This document shows positions 1-9,351 of a stretch of DNA of 64,000 bases, in pieces (within the stretch, counting starts at the first letter, position 1; each line of letters starts with the position of its first letter). Both the position numbers and the translations under genes were made by a program. The stretch is from positions 1,472,001 to 1,536,000 of the forward strand of contig CBDCWI010000001.1 in NCBI GenBank assembly GCA_965223325.1, read 5' to 3'. The notes beneath the pieces were generated by a model that saw only the letters and a list, made by a program, of their open reading frames with translations, searched no databases and was not told the origin of the DNA. The stretch is from Candidatus Multivoradales bacterium. GTDB taxonomy: Bacteria > Acidobacteriota > Thermoanaerobaculia > Multivoradales > Multivoraceae.

Positions 1-1
1 C

Positions 2-1516
2 CGGCGGCTCGAGAGCAGGCCGCGCTGGCGTTGGATGTTCCCAGCGACCTCCGTGGTGGTCACCCTCGCCTTCCTGCGCTACGTCGACGTGACCGCGCCC
101 GGGGTCATGGGGCGTTCCTTTGACCTGCAAGCTGATCTACCGCACATCAGGAACGTCGCCTCGATGTTTCGAACCGCCATGGACCCTGGGCAGGAAGCGT
201 TGATCACCGGTGGCATCGCGGCACTCTTCGTGCTCTTGTTTCTCCTGGTGCTTGCCGCTCTGCGGAGCATCCAGCGTGCCCTCGACATCCGCGGCTTCCG
301 CCGAACGCTCGTTCTTCTCGCGCTGGCCGCCGGCGTCGTCTTCCCGTGGACCGCGCGCAGTCAACCGGCCAACGAGGAACGCGTCGGATGGCGGGAGCGA
401 GACTTCGACCCCTGGCAAGGCAAGGTCGACGTTGGCATCGAGCACCGCGTTCACCACCGCGGCTTCGCCGAGCCGCTGACCACGATGCTGGCGCGCTGGA
501 TGATGACGCTCGAGAAGCCCGGCGCGCTCCGGTTGACGGCCAACACTGGTTCCTCCCTTACCGGGCTTGCCGGTGAGGCCGGTTGGCCGGACATTGTCGT
601 GATCTTTCTCGAGTCGTACGGCGCCACCTTGCTTGATGACCCACAGCACCGGCCCTACATCGAGGACCGTTTCGACGCCCTGGAGCGCAACCTGGCCGGC
701 GCCGGGTTCTCCTACCGCTCGATCCAGGCGCAATCCCCGACGTTCGCCGGCGGTTCGTGGCGCGCCCACGCCACGCTGCTCTCGGGGGTGCGCATCGAGA
801 ATCAGCGCCTCTACGAGGCACTCCTGGCGTCACGCTGGACAACCCTCCCGAGCCTCTTGGCGCAGAACGGCTACCGAACCGTCGCCGCCGAGCCCGGCAT
901 TCAAAAAGAGTGGCCAGAAGGTGAGTGGTGGAACTTCGACCAGATCTACGATGCGCCCAACCTCGCCTACCGCGGCGCCCCGATTGGCTGGTGGAAGATC
1001 CCCGACCAGTACACCGTCTGGAAGATCTGGAACGAAGAGCTGCGCCCCTCACGCAGCCAGCGCCGGCCGGTGTTCGCCAAGATCTCGCTCATCATGAGCC
1101 ACATACCGTACGTTCCCCTACCGCCCTACATCGACGACTGGCAAACCATTGACGGCGGTTCGGCGTGGAGCCAGATGATTCCCTCGGTGGGGGCAGACGA
1201 CTATCGCGACATGACCGAGCTCTCGATTCGCTATGTCGCAGCGTTTCGCCACGAGCTCGACGTCATCGAAGGGTTTCTGATTCAACTCGCCGACCCGAAC
1301 ACCCTGGTGATCGTCGCCGGCGATCACCAGCCACCGAAGCTGGCGACTCATGACAGCGACTCCTGGGCGGTGCCGCTGCACGTCATCAGCCGTCGCCACG
1401 ACCTGGTCGACGCCTTTGCGAGCCGCGGTCTCGCAGCGACGATGCTCCCCGCACCCGGTGACCGGTACGGCCTCGAGGACTTCTTTCCTGACTTCTGCGA
1501 GGTCTTCGATGGCTGA
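2..1516 (+). CDS. Membrane-anchored sulfatase/alkaline-phosphatase superfamily protein (5' end outside window)
   Basis: N-terminal TM segments; DIVVIFLESYG, SPTFAGGSWRAHATLLSG, SHIPY and GDHQP motifs; frame is open back to the window start. Confidence 0.8.
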   Translation, partial: RRLESRPRWRWMFPATSVVVTLAFLRYVDVTAPGVMGRSFDLQADLPHIRNVASMFRTAMDPGQEALITGGIAALFVLLFLLVLAALRSIQRALDIRGFRRTLVLLALAAGVVFPWTARSQPANEERVGWRERDFDPWQGKVDVGIEHRVHHRGFAEPLTTMLARWMMTLEKPGALRLTANTGSSLTGLAGEAGWPDIVVIFLESYGATLLDDPQHRPYIEDRFDALERNLAGAGFSYRSIQAQSPTFAGGSWRAHATLLSGVRIENQRLYEALLASRWTTLPSLLAQNGYRTVAAEPGIQKEWPEGEWWNFDQIYDAPNLAYRGAPIGWWKIPDQYTVWKIWNEELRPSRSQRRPVFAKISLIMSHIPYVPLPPYIDDWQTIDGGSAWSQMIPSVGADDYRDMTELSIRYVAAFRHELDVIEGFLIQLADPNTLVIVAGDHQPPKLATHDSDSWAVPLHVISRRHDLVDAFASRGLAATMLPAPGDRYGLEDFFPDFCEVFDG

Positions 1517-2720
1517 GCAGAGCGCCCTTCAAAAGGCGGCCACAAAGAGGGCGCTCGAACAGCGCTGGCTTCTCGTTGCCCTGGTGTTTGTCGTCGGGGT
1601 CGTGCTCTTCGGGCAGGCGCTCCCACAGGTGGGCCCGGCGTGGTACTTGACCGCTATCCTCTTCCTGGCCTGGGTGCTCACCGTCCTCTGGCGTCATCTC
1701 GACGAGAACGAGATCGACGCCTGGCAACCACTGACCGACGGGGCGCCCGAACGGGCCACTCGCACGAGTGCGAAGGAGCCCTCGGTTCTGGTGGCGCGCT
1801 TCGGCCCCGGCACGACGCTGACTCTTCTTCGGGCTCTCGGGCTTGGCATCTTTGCCGGGTATCTCGTGCTCCCGCGGCCAACCGGAGGAGGCGCCTGGAC
1901 TCCCGCGGCGCTCTTTGCCGCAATCGCCATTGCCGACGGCGCAGACGGCTGGCTGGCGCGGCGCACCGGCATGCCCACCCGTCTCGGCGCCCGCCTCGAC
2001 CTGATCCTCGACGGCTGGATGATCCTAATCGGAGTCCTCGTTTGTATCGCCTGGGGAATCTTGCCGTTGTGGTTTGTGCTGGTCGGCGCAGCTCGCTACG
2101 TCTACGTCGCCGTCGAACGCAACCGTCGACGCCGCGGACTGCCGCTTCACCCACTTGCCCCCAACGGAGAAAGGCGCATCGTCGCCGGTCTACAGATGGC
2201 GTTTCTCGCCGTCGTCTTGTGGCCGATCATCCCGTCGTCGATGGCGCACATCGCAGCCTGGCCGTTCGCCGTGGTTCTGCTCAGTGGTTTTCTGCGCGAC
2301 GGTCTGGTGATGGCGGGGCGGATCCCCGATGTGAAACAACCCCGGGAGAGGCGAGTCGCGAAGGGTGTGCGGTTCGTCTTCCGGCTCGCACGCCTCCTGG
2401 TCGCTCTTGGGCTCTTGTGGTGGCTTCTTCCCCTCTGGCCCGACGCACCCTCCGGCTGGAGCTCGGTACTCGAGACCTGGCCGGTAGCAGACCCTGAGAT
2501 CGCGGCACCGGCGATTGCAACGTTCACCATCGTCGCCGCGGTTGCCTTTGCTCTTGCGTGGACTGCACGCGCCGCCTCCGTCCTGCTCCTTCCGGCCCTG
2601 GTGCTCGCGGCAGGACCCGCGCCGCCCCATGCACCCACTGCAACGGTCGCGCTGGTGGTCGCGCTCCTGGTTCTCCTGCTCGACGTACGTCAGAGCCGCC
2701 GGGCGAGCACGTCGAGTTGA
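1509..2720 (+). CDS. CDP-alcohol phosphatidyltransferase family protein with a C-terminal membrane extension
   Basis: DGADGWLARRTG...GARLDLILD signature; ATG at 1509 overlaps the upstream gene end. Confidence 0.85.
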   Translation: MAEQSALQKAATKRALEQRWLLVALVFVVGVVLFGQALPQVGPAWYLTAILFLAWVLTVLWRHLDENEIDAWQPLTDGAPERATRTSAKEPSVLVARFGPGTTLTLLRALGLGIFAGYLVLPRPTGGGAWTPAALFAAIAIADGADGWLARRTGMPTRLGARLDLILDGWMILIGVLVCIAWGILPLWFVLVGAARYVYVAVERNRRRRGLPLHPLAPNGERRIVAGLQMAFLAVVLWPIIPSSMAHIAAWPFAVVLLSGFLRDGLVMAGRIPDVKQPRERRVAKGVRFVFRLARLLVALGLLWWLLPLWPDAPSGWSSVLETWPVADPEIAAPAIATFTIVAAVAFALAWTARAASVLLLPALVLAAGPAPPHAPTATVALVVALLVLLLDVRQSRRASTSS

Positions 2721-3544
2721 TGAACCACCGCCGCCAGGCGATCTTCGTCGATCCGCGCTTGGCGCTCCCGCTGCCAGTCGGTGACCTGCTGGTGATCGAG
2801 ACCAGCAGCCAGGCCTTCCCGCACCACCGCGGCGAGCAGTTGGCGAAGGAAGTTGTTGGTTGCTCGAGAGTCGCTCGCTCGCACGACCCAACTCGAGGCC
2901 GCCGCATCGACGAGCTCGAAGTGCGGGTGCTCGAGAACCGCCCCCAGCAATCTACGACCGCTCTGGGCACCGCCGCCAACCGCCCTCGCGTCCATCGAGG
3001 CGTGGTACACCGCTTCGAGCTCACCGTCGAGCGGCGAGCCGGTCGCCGGCACGAACGCGGTCGTGCCATCGAAGACGATCGGCATGTAGAGGAGTCCATC
3101 GCCAGCGAGTAGCTGTGCGAACTGCACAAGAGCTTCTTCGATGTCGAGCAGATCGAGGAGCGCACAGGCGACCAGGAGGTCAACCGGCGGGCGCCGATGG
3201 GCCGCAATTTCCGACAGCTCGGCCTGGACAGCGAGAACGTCGATGCCCGAAGCTGCCCAACTGGCGGTGCGACTCTCGAGTAGTGCGGCACAAGCCGGGT
3301 CAGGATCAAGAGCGGTCCACAACAGGCGCTTGCCGCGACCTCTGAGAGCTCCGGACTCGAGCAGCCGGTCGAGCATCGCACCCGTCCCCGCTCCGACGTC
3401 GAGCACCCGATGCGCGTGATCACTTGCCAGGTGATCGACGACCGTTTCGAACAACCGAGGATGCAAGGAGCGATCGTCAACCCGGCGCTTGGCCTCCAAC
3501 CAACTCACATTGATCAGCGGGTCTGTTGGGGTGTCATCGTTCAT
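2690..3544 (-). CDS. Class I SAM-dependent methyltransferase
   Basis: VLDVGAGTGA motif I and ALLDLL; AGGA SD before ATG 3544 (alternative starts 3559/3577). Confidence 0.85.
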   Translation of the reverse strand: MNDDTPTDPLINVSWLEAKRRVDDRSLHPRLFETVVDHLASDHAHRVLDVGAGTGAMLDRLLESGALRGRGKRLLWTALDPDPACAALLESRTASWAASGIDVLAVQAELSEIAAHRRPPVDLLVACALLDLLDIEEALVQFAQLLAGDGLLYMPIVFDGTTAFVPATGSPLDGELEAVYHASMDARAVGGGAQSGRRLLGAVLEHPHFELVDAAASSWVVRASDSRATNNFLRQLLAAVVREGLAAGLDHQQVTDWQRERQARIDEDRLAAVVHQLDVLARRL

Positions 3545-3555
3545 GCCAGTCCTCT

Positions 3556-4680
3556 TCACGTCGCCGCCGCTCGCCACTCCGCAAACTCAGTCTCCAGGAA
3601 GCGAACGATACGGGCCCCGGTCTCGTCCCAGGTGGGCATTGTCCTCCAGGCCGAAAGCGCCGCCAGCGCCATCTCCGCCAGACGCTCGCGATCGCTGGCC
3701 AGTGCATCGATTCGGGTGGCAAGAAGTGCCCGGTCGTCGCGCGGTACCAGGAAGCCGGTTACGCCGTCTTCGACGATTTCATGCGCAGCCCCGCTTCGTG
3801 ATGCAAGAACCGGCAGGCCAAAGCCCATCGCCTCCGCGTAGACCATGCCGAATCCCTCCCAGGTCGAAACCACAGCCAGCACGTGGCACGCCGCCAGCAA
3901 CTGGCAGAGGGCATCGTCTGGAAGGGGACCATGGAATCGAACCCGGTCCGTGAGCCCAAACTCCTCGACCAGCAGACGAGCACGTCGCGTTTCCCTTGGC
4001 TCGACTTCGAGATCGCCCACCACTTCGAGGGTGACCTCCGAGCGGCAGCCTGCGAGCGCGCGAATCAGAGACGCGAGACCTTTGCGGGCGATCACATTGC
4101 CGACAAAAACCAGGCGCAGCGCACCCTGATCCCCCGCGCGGTTCGCGACGTTCTCGGCCACAATCGACGCACCGGGAGAGAGCCGGTCTCGACCCGGCCG
4201 CGCGACGACGGCCGGCCGGCCACCAATCGCGCACAGTGCATCGACCGACGCACGGGTGGTCTCACTGTTGAAGATGAAACCGTCGACCCGCCGAAGGTAG
4301 GCACGTTCAACGGCGCGATGAAGTGGCTGTATAAGCGGCGTGTGAGGTTCGCTCGAGCGCAGGTGATGAACAACCGAGATGATCGGCAGGCGTCGCCCAT
4401 CGACCAAGGGTTTCGGCGAGCGAAAGAGCACTGGGTGGCAGAGCTCATCTTCGAGCAGGAGGTCGAGACCGGCGAGCTCGTGATCCAGGGAGGCTTCACC
4501 TTCGAAGCCGGTGCCCCGAAAGAGGGAGCGCGCGAACCCCACCGACCACGAGTCGAGTTTTGTCGGCAGTAGGCACACCCCATGGCCCGCGCGCTCCAAT
4601 GATGAGACCACTCGCAGGTCAAAGAGGTTCCCGCCAGTTCGATCATTGATCGAGGCAGGCACCAGCCAGCCCACCCTCAT
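3556..4680 (-). CDS. Glycosyltransferase family 4
   Basis: TGGNLFD N-terminus, FVGNVIARKG and EGFGMVYAEAM motifs. Confidence 0.92.
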   Translation of the reverse strand: MRVGWLVPASINDRTGGNLFDLRVVSSLERAGHGVCLLPTKLDSWSVGFARSLFRGTGFEGEASLDHELAGLDLLLEDELCHPVLFRSPKPLVDGRRLPIISVVHHLRSSEPHTPLIQPLHRAVERAYLRRVDGFIFNSETTRASVDALCAIGGRPAVVARPGRDRLSPGASIVAENVANRAGDQGALRLVFVGNVIARKGLASLIRALAGCRSEVTLEVVGDLEVEPRETRRARLLVEEFGLTDRVRFHGPLPDDALCQLLAACHVLAVVSTWEGFGMVYAEAMGFGLPVLASRSGAAHEIVEDGVTGFLVPRDDRALLATRIDALASDRERLAEMALAALSAWRTMPTWDETGARIVRFLETEFAEWRAAAT

Positions 4681-4765
4681 CCCGGGAAAGGAAGCGTTGC
4701 GTGGTTCTTGGGGGCAAGCATGAGATTGGTCCGGGTTGCCGAAGCGTTCGCCGTCTCGGGGCGCG

Positions 4766-5185
4766 TCAGGTCGTGCTCTTCTTCGGCCGGTCTCGATACG
4801 ATGCCCGGGCGATCTCGTTCTCCCACACCATCACCTCCAGCTCATCGAGGTGGCCAAGATCGAGACTGGCATTCAGGCGCTCCCACAGAACCCGCGCAAA
4901 GAGCTCGATGCTCGGATTGCGACCCTCAAACTCGGCGTGGTCGTTGAGGGTCGTGTCCTTCCAACGTGCGACCTCGGACTCGAGCGCCGCCTCGACATCG
5001 ACGATGTCGACCAGATAGTCGTGCTGATCGAGCGTCCGGCCTTCGAGCGTCAGCTCGACCCGGTAGTGATGGGAGTGCCAGCGATTCTCGTCGCCCCAAT
5101 CGCCGCCCACCAGAAAGTGCTGGGCGACGAAGTCGCGAGCGACGACCAGGCTATGGATGCCGGTACTCACAAGGCGATCACTCAC
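4766..5185 (-). CDS. 6-pyruvoyl-tetrahydropterin synthase (COG0720) family protein, Cys-less subtype
   Basis: AQHFL...HSHHY, LVDI, NPSIE and WENE motifs; no QueD-type CxxxHGH. Confidence 0.85.
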   Translation of the reverse strand: MSDRLVSTGIHSLVVARDFVAQHFLVGGDWGDENRWHSHHYRVELTLEGRTLDQHDYLVDIVDVEAALESEVARWKDTTLNDHAEFEGRNPSIELFARVLWERLNASLDLGHLDELEVMVWENEIARASYRDRPKKSTT

Positions 5186-5197
5186 CTAGAGGCGCAC

Positions 5198-6667
5198 TCA
5201 CAGCGCTCCACCAGCCCAATCGTCAGCTGGCTGTTGGTCGTCGCCTTCGCGTGCGATCTCACCAATCAGAACCAGGCTCTCCCCGACCCAGCGGTAGCGC
5301 GTTCGCACGAGTCGCGGCAACGCGGCCCGCTGGGAGATACCGAGATCGCCAATCGCCGAAAGGCCGCCAACCAATACAGGTGCCACCGTCACAACGAGAC
5401 GATCGACGGCGTCGGCGCGCAGAAACGAGGTAATGACCCGTCGACCGCCCTCGACCATCAAGCTCCGCAGCCCACGGTCGCCGAGGCAAACGAAAAGCGA
5501 CGGCAGGTCGACCCAACCGGTCTCGGCGTCGGCAGGAAACCGCTCGACCACCGCTCCGCGCGCCTCGAGTGCTAGCTGCCTGTCACGCGGGGCGCCTAGG
5601 GTTGTGGCAATGAGCGGCGCCACCGCACCCTCGAGAAGCTGCGACTCGAGCGGCAAACGAAGCTGGCTGTCGAGCACCACGGGCTGAGGATCGTCGCCTC
5701 GCACCAGGCGAACGGTCAACCGAGGGTCGTCGGCAATGACGGTCTCGACGCCGACCAGAATCGCATCGTGGCGGGCACGCATGCTGTGTGTGAGCTCGAG
5801 CGCCTGCGATGAGCTCAGGGTCATCGCACTCCCGCGCCGGTTGGTGATCGAACCGTCGAGACTCTGGGCGTAGGTCAGGGTGACGGTCGGTCGGCCGACT
5901 GCGGCACCGTCGATGCCCACCAGAGTCGAGCTCGGCCCTGTGCTCTCGGCCGCCGAGGCATCGGGCGCGGCGCCGGGGGTACTGGCCACTCGCGCCGCGT
6001 TCGGAACCAGGGCGTCGAGCTCGAGCAGGTGCCGCATACGCTTGACCTTGGTCTCGAGGTAACCGGCGTTCTCCGGCGTCGCCGGAACTTCGAGGGCCAC
6101 CCGCTCGACCTGCTCGAACCCCTCGGCAATCAGCCCTTCGACCTTGGTGGGGTTGTTCGTCATCAAGCGCACCGAGCCAACGCCGAGATCGAACAACATG
6201 TCGGCGGCCACCCCGTAGTGGCGCTCGTCGGCACGGTGGCCGAGCTCGAGGTTGGCCTCGACCGTGTCGTAGCCGGCATCCTGCAGGTTGTAGGCGCGCA
6301 GCTTCTCGAGCAGGCCAATGCCGCGACCTTCCTGGCGCAGGTAGAGGATGGCTCCGCGGCCCGCCTCGGCGACGCGCTTCATCGCCTGCTCGAGCTGCTT
6401 GCCGCAGTCGCAGCGCAGCGAACCCAGCACGTCGCCCGTGAAGCACTCCGAATGGATCCGCACCAGAACGTCCTGGCCAGCAATGTCGCCCATCACCAGC
6501 GCGAGGTGGTCTTTGTCGTCACCGGGTTGCCGGTAGAGGTGGAGCTCGAACTCCCCTTCCTCGGTTGGCAGGCGCGAGCTGGTCAAACGACGCGCAGCGG
6601 CACGCACGGCCTCAGCCTCGGTGATGGCGCTGGCGCTCGGACTCTTGGGTAGCTCGCGATCGGACAT
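5198..6667 (-). CDS. ribA: GTP cyclohydrolase II fused to a RibD C-terminal reductase domain
   Basis: VRIHSECFTGDVLGSLRCDCG, YLRQEGRGIGL and LMTNNPTK; then YAQSLDGSI, DDPRLTVR and LMVEGG. Confidence 0.92.
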   Translation of the reverse strand: MSDRELPKSPSASAITEAEAVRAAARRLTSSRLPTEEGEFELHLYRQPGDDKDHLALVMGDIAGQDVLVRIHSECFTGDVLGSLRCDCGKQLEQAMKRVAEAGRGAILYLRQEGRGIGLLEKLRAYNLQDAGYDTVEANLELGHRADERHYGVAADMLFDLGVGSVRLMTNNPTKVEGLIAEGFEQVERVALEVPATPENAGYLETKVKRMRHLLELDALVPNAARVASTPGAAPDASAAESTGPSSTLVGIDGAAVGRPTVTLTYAQSLDGSITNRRGSAMTLSSSQALELTHSMRARHDAILVGVETVIADDPRLTVRLVRGDDPQPVVLDSQLRLPLESQLLEGAVAPLIATTLGAPRDRQLALEARGAVVERFPADAETGWVDLPSLFVCLGDRGLRSLMVEGGRRVITSFLRADAVDRLVVTVAPVLVGGLSAIGDLGISQRAALPRLVRTRYRWVGESLVLIGEIAREGDDQQPADDWAGGAL

Positions 6668-6838
6668 GGCAGTGCACACCGTGCCCGTGAATCAGCCCGA
6701 GCATCCGCGGACACCTTGGAGGTTTGCGGCGCGACGGCCTGGCGGGATCGAGCGACGGCAAGCAGCCAGTATATCGCTCGCCCGGGTCCGGAACCCGCCC
6801 GCGGAACGCCAACGCAGAGCGGCTCTGGGAGACGGCTT

Positions 6839-6973
6839 CTAGTTCGCGGCGCAGCCCGCGAGGCTCAGTACGACGGGCAAAGTGACGAGAACGACGAAGT
6901 AGAACGCCACGACCAGCGCCCAATAGAGGCGACTGTGGTGAGGGCGGGTGGCGGTTGAATCTGTCGTCGTCAT
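6839..6973 (-). CDS. 44-aa single-TM peptide MTTTDSTATRPHHSRLYWALVVAFYFVVLVTLPVVLSLAGCAAN (below the ORF-track size cutoff)
   Basis: Translated by hand; GGGAGG SD upstream; long hydrophobic stretch; LAGC lipobox-like end; gap-free similarity to the A2M N-terminus. Confidence 0.7.
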   Translation of the reverse strand: MTTTDSTATRPHHSRLYWALVVAFYFVVLVTLPVVLSLAGCAAN

Positions 6974-7079
6974 GGTGGGGTCCCCTCCCAGCGGTGGAGC
7001 AACGGTCTCGATCAAAGAGACCTGAGGTCATCGGAGCGGCGGTCGGTGTCCGGGCCGCGGGAAGATTGTTTCGCCTGGA

Positions 7080-7098
7080 TGTGGCGACAATGTGACGA
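7080..7098. promoter_or_regulatory. Direct-repeat box TGTGGCGA-caat-GTGACGA (11-bp period) upstream of the small peptide gene
   Basis: 16/19 identical to the box at 18065-18083 upstream of the A2M gene, same orientation relative to the gene. Confidence 0.6.
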
Positions 7099-7368
7099 AG
7101 TAGGGAAGAGCAATTTCTCTTGATCTGGAACTGGCTAACAATACATGGGTGGTCGAGTTCCCCATTCCCAGGTGGCCAGGGCAAACCTCGAGCAGACTCT
7201 GAGCGCCGCTTTCGTCGCCGAGCTCTACGAGCGCTCGAGCGATCAACAAACGGGCGCGCATCGACTCCTAACGTCGGTCGCAGCTGACCGAGTTACCCCG
7301 TACACGTGATGAGTACACGGAGTTAGACAGGCTCCTCCAGAGCCCGAGAGACACGGTAGGATTCGCGC

Positions 7369-8133
7369 ATGGCATCAGACAGAAAAACCGTGGGAACTTC
7401 CCTCGGGTTCTTGGCGCTGCTTCTGGCCGTCGGCACCGTCGTGCTCTGGTTTCGACTGGCCCGGAACGTGGCGATCCCCGAGGACAGGACGGCCTTCGTC
7501 GCACTATGGGTGCTCGCCGCCGCCCTCGGCATCGCCGCCTTCATCAAGCGCACCCGCTGGTTCGGAGGGATCGCTGCGGTGCTCGGCATCGGGGTCGCTG
7601 CCTTCCTGGCGTTCACGGTGGCCATCAGCCGCCAGGATGTGGCGCCAAACGCCATCGAGGTCGGCGAGACGATCCCCCACTTCACCGCGCTGGACGATCG
7701 AGGCCAGCACTTCGACTCCGCAAGCCTCGACGGCAGGCGAGTCCTGCTCAAGTTCTTTCGCGCCCACTGGTGACCGTACTGTGTCGCCGAGTTACGGCGA
7801 TGGGAAGAGCTTCGATCCGAGTTCGATCGGCTCGACGTCCAGGTAGTCACCGTCAGCACGGATCTCCCTGAGGAGATTGCCGAAAAGCGCAAACACCACG
7901 GCCTGCAGGCCATCATGCTCTCGGATCGAGATCTCAAGGTCACCGACGGGTTCGGACTCCGCAACCTGGGCCCACATTCTGGACCGCCGTCGGGCGCCGA
8001 GGCGTTGCCGGTCCCTACCACGCTTCTGATCGACAGCGACGGCAAGGTGCTCTGGATCGAGCATTCAGAAAACTACCAGCGGCGTTCAGGACCGGAGTTC
8101 GTCCTCGCCGCACTCAAGACTCACCTCGACTGA
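7369..8133 (+). CDS. Membrane-anchored AhpC/TSA (peroxiredoxin-like, thioredoxin-fold) selenoprotein with a UxxC motif
   Basis: In-frame TGA at 7771-7773 gives FFRAHW-U-PYCVAEL, the position of canonical WCPxC; frame continues through SDRDL...PTTLLIDSDGKV to the stop at 8133; hairpin follows the TGA. Confidence 0.88.
7783..7801 (+). promoter_or_regulatory. Bacterial SECIS-like hairpin
   Basis: GUCGCCG-AGUUA-CGGCGAU; 16 nt lie between the UGA and the loop. Confidence 0.7.
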
Positions 8134-8139
8134 GCCTTT

Positions 8140-8400
8140 CTAGTGTCCTGGGTCACAAAACCACGACAAAGACCTCAGCCCCTTTCTAAAGCGAGTAGAC
8201 CCAGATCGCCGGACCGCCGCCACCTCGGCGCCTCCACACAGCGTTATCTCGGTTGAGCCGGACAGGGCAGCCCTCCAAGGCTGACATGTGAACGTTCGAG
8301 ATGCCGACAACAAAGGCACATCTGACAGTCTGCGACCTCCTCGAGTCGGGGCCTCTTCTGGTAGAGGTATTGTCAAATGTCGTTCTGAGTTGATCTAGGC
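8140..8400. mobile_element. Degenerate IS end(s), no intact transposase
   Basis: CTAGTGTCCTGGGTCACAAA end (minus-strand frame ending ...CDPGH*) and GAGGTATTGTCAAATG resemble IS termini; region lacks convincing genes and lies next to a TA module. Confidence 0.35.
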
Positions 8401-8874
8401 GGCGGGTGGATGCCGCGCACAGTCGGGGTGGGTTTTGAGTCGAAGTCGTGGCGCATGACTACGCCTCGCCACCGACCCAACGTGTAGCCCGATTCACAAA
8501 TGACCGTTGGTCAATGGCGAGGGTCATCCGCTGAGATTCGGCTCCCCTGCAGGAGGTCGGTGGTTCCGTGCGAAGGTCATGGCCCATCAACTGCGATATG
8601 TCCCCACCGACGCAAGCGGTTGGGGAGTCGTCGAAGGCGAATCGTCAACGGGTTCTTCCCGTTGGCGCCATCGTCACACCTACGCGAACTGCTCATCGGG
8701 ATCATCGGTCGCGCGCAGCGAAAAACCGGAAGCCGGATCCACTCCCATCGGGGCATGTAGAGGCGGATGGTAGGGCGCACAGAGGCTCGACGCTTCGTCT
8801 TGCCCGGCTTTGCCGCCCTAAGACTTACCTCTACCGAACGCCTGTCGCGGACAGACCACGAGGCAAGGGAGTGT

Positions 8875-9351
8875 CTACTTGGCTTGGAGGTTGTCCACCA
8901 TTTCAGCGCTGAGCAGCACCCGAACTCCGTAGCGTAAGAGTCCTGTGAAGTGCCGGCGGTTTTCGGTCACGACTGTGGTTGCGCCACTGAGCCTCGCGAT
9001 CTCGGCGATGTGGACGTCGTAGATCCTCCCGCCGGCGACACCATCGGCGGCCGCTGACGAGAGAAACGTCTGCCGGTGTTCTTCGGGAAGGGCGTCCACC
9101 TCGAAGAGCGTCAAGAGCTGCTCCTCTACAAATCGCACTGCAATCTCAGGAGCGAGCCGATACTCCTCGGGGAGTCGGGTTGTCACAGAGTAGAACTCGA
9201 GGCAGCAGTGCCAAGCAGTTCGCGGTGCAGGCAGGGTTCCGTCCGCCACGGCATCGAGAAGCACAAGGGGCGCTTCCGACTGGCTCCCCAGATCGATCAT
9301 TCCTGCGACAAGAACGCTGGTATCAAAAAAGACGCCAGTCAGTCGGGCCAA
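8875..9351 (-). CDS. vapC: PIN-domain toxin (VapC-like)
   Basis: FFDTSVLV, EFYSVTTR, IYDVHIAE and VTENRRHF PIN motifs; overlaps the antitoxin gene. Confidence 0.88.
   Translation of the reverse strand: MARLTGVFFDTSVLVAGMIDLGSQSEAPLVLLDAVADGTLPAPRTAWHCCLEFYSVTTRLPEEYRLAPEIAVRFVEEQLLTLFEVDALPEEHRQTFLSSAAADGVAGGRIYDVHIAEIARLSGATTVVTENRRHFTGLLRYGVRVLLSAEMVDNLQAK

Noticed and set aside
6668-6838. FMN riboswitch upstream of ribA
   Set aside because: No RFN consensus sequence is visible; only a TATACT -10-like hexamer
7028-7261. 77-aa ORF that looks like a TPR fragment
   Set aside because: It overlaps the regulatory box, has no clear SD and is plausible only at its N-terminus
7369-8133. Two separate genes or a pseudogene (7369-7773 and 7915-8133)
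   Set aside because: The TGA sits at the catalytic Cys position with an intact frame and a SECIS-like hairpin; Sec recoding explains it better
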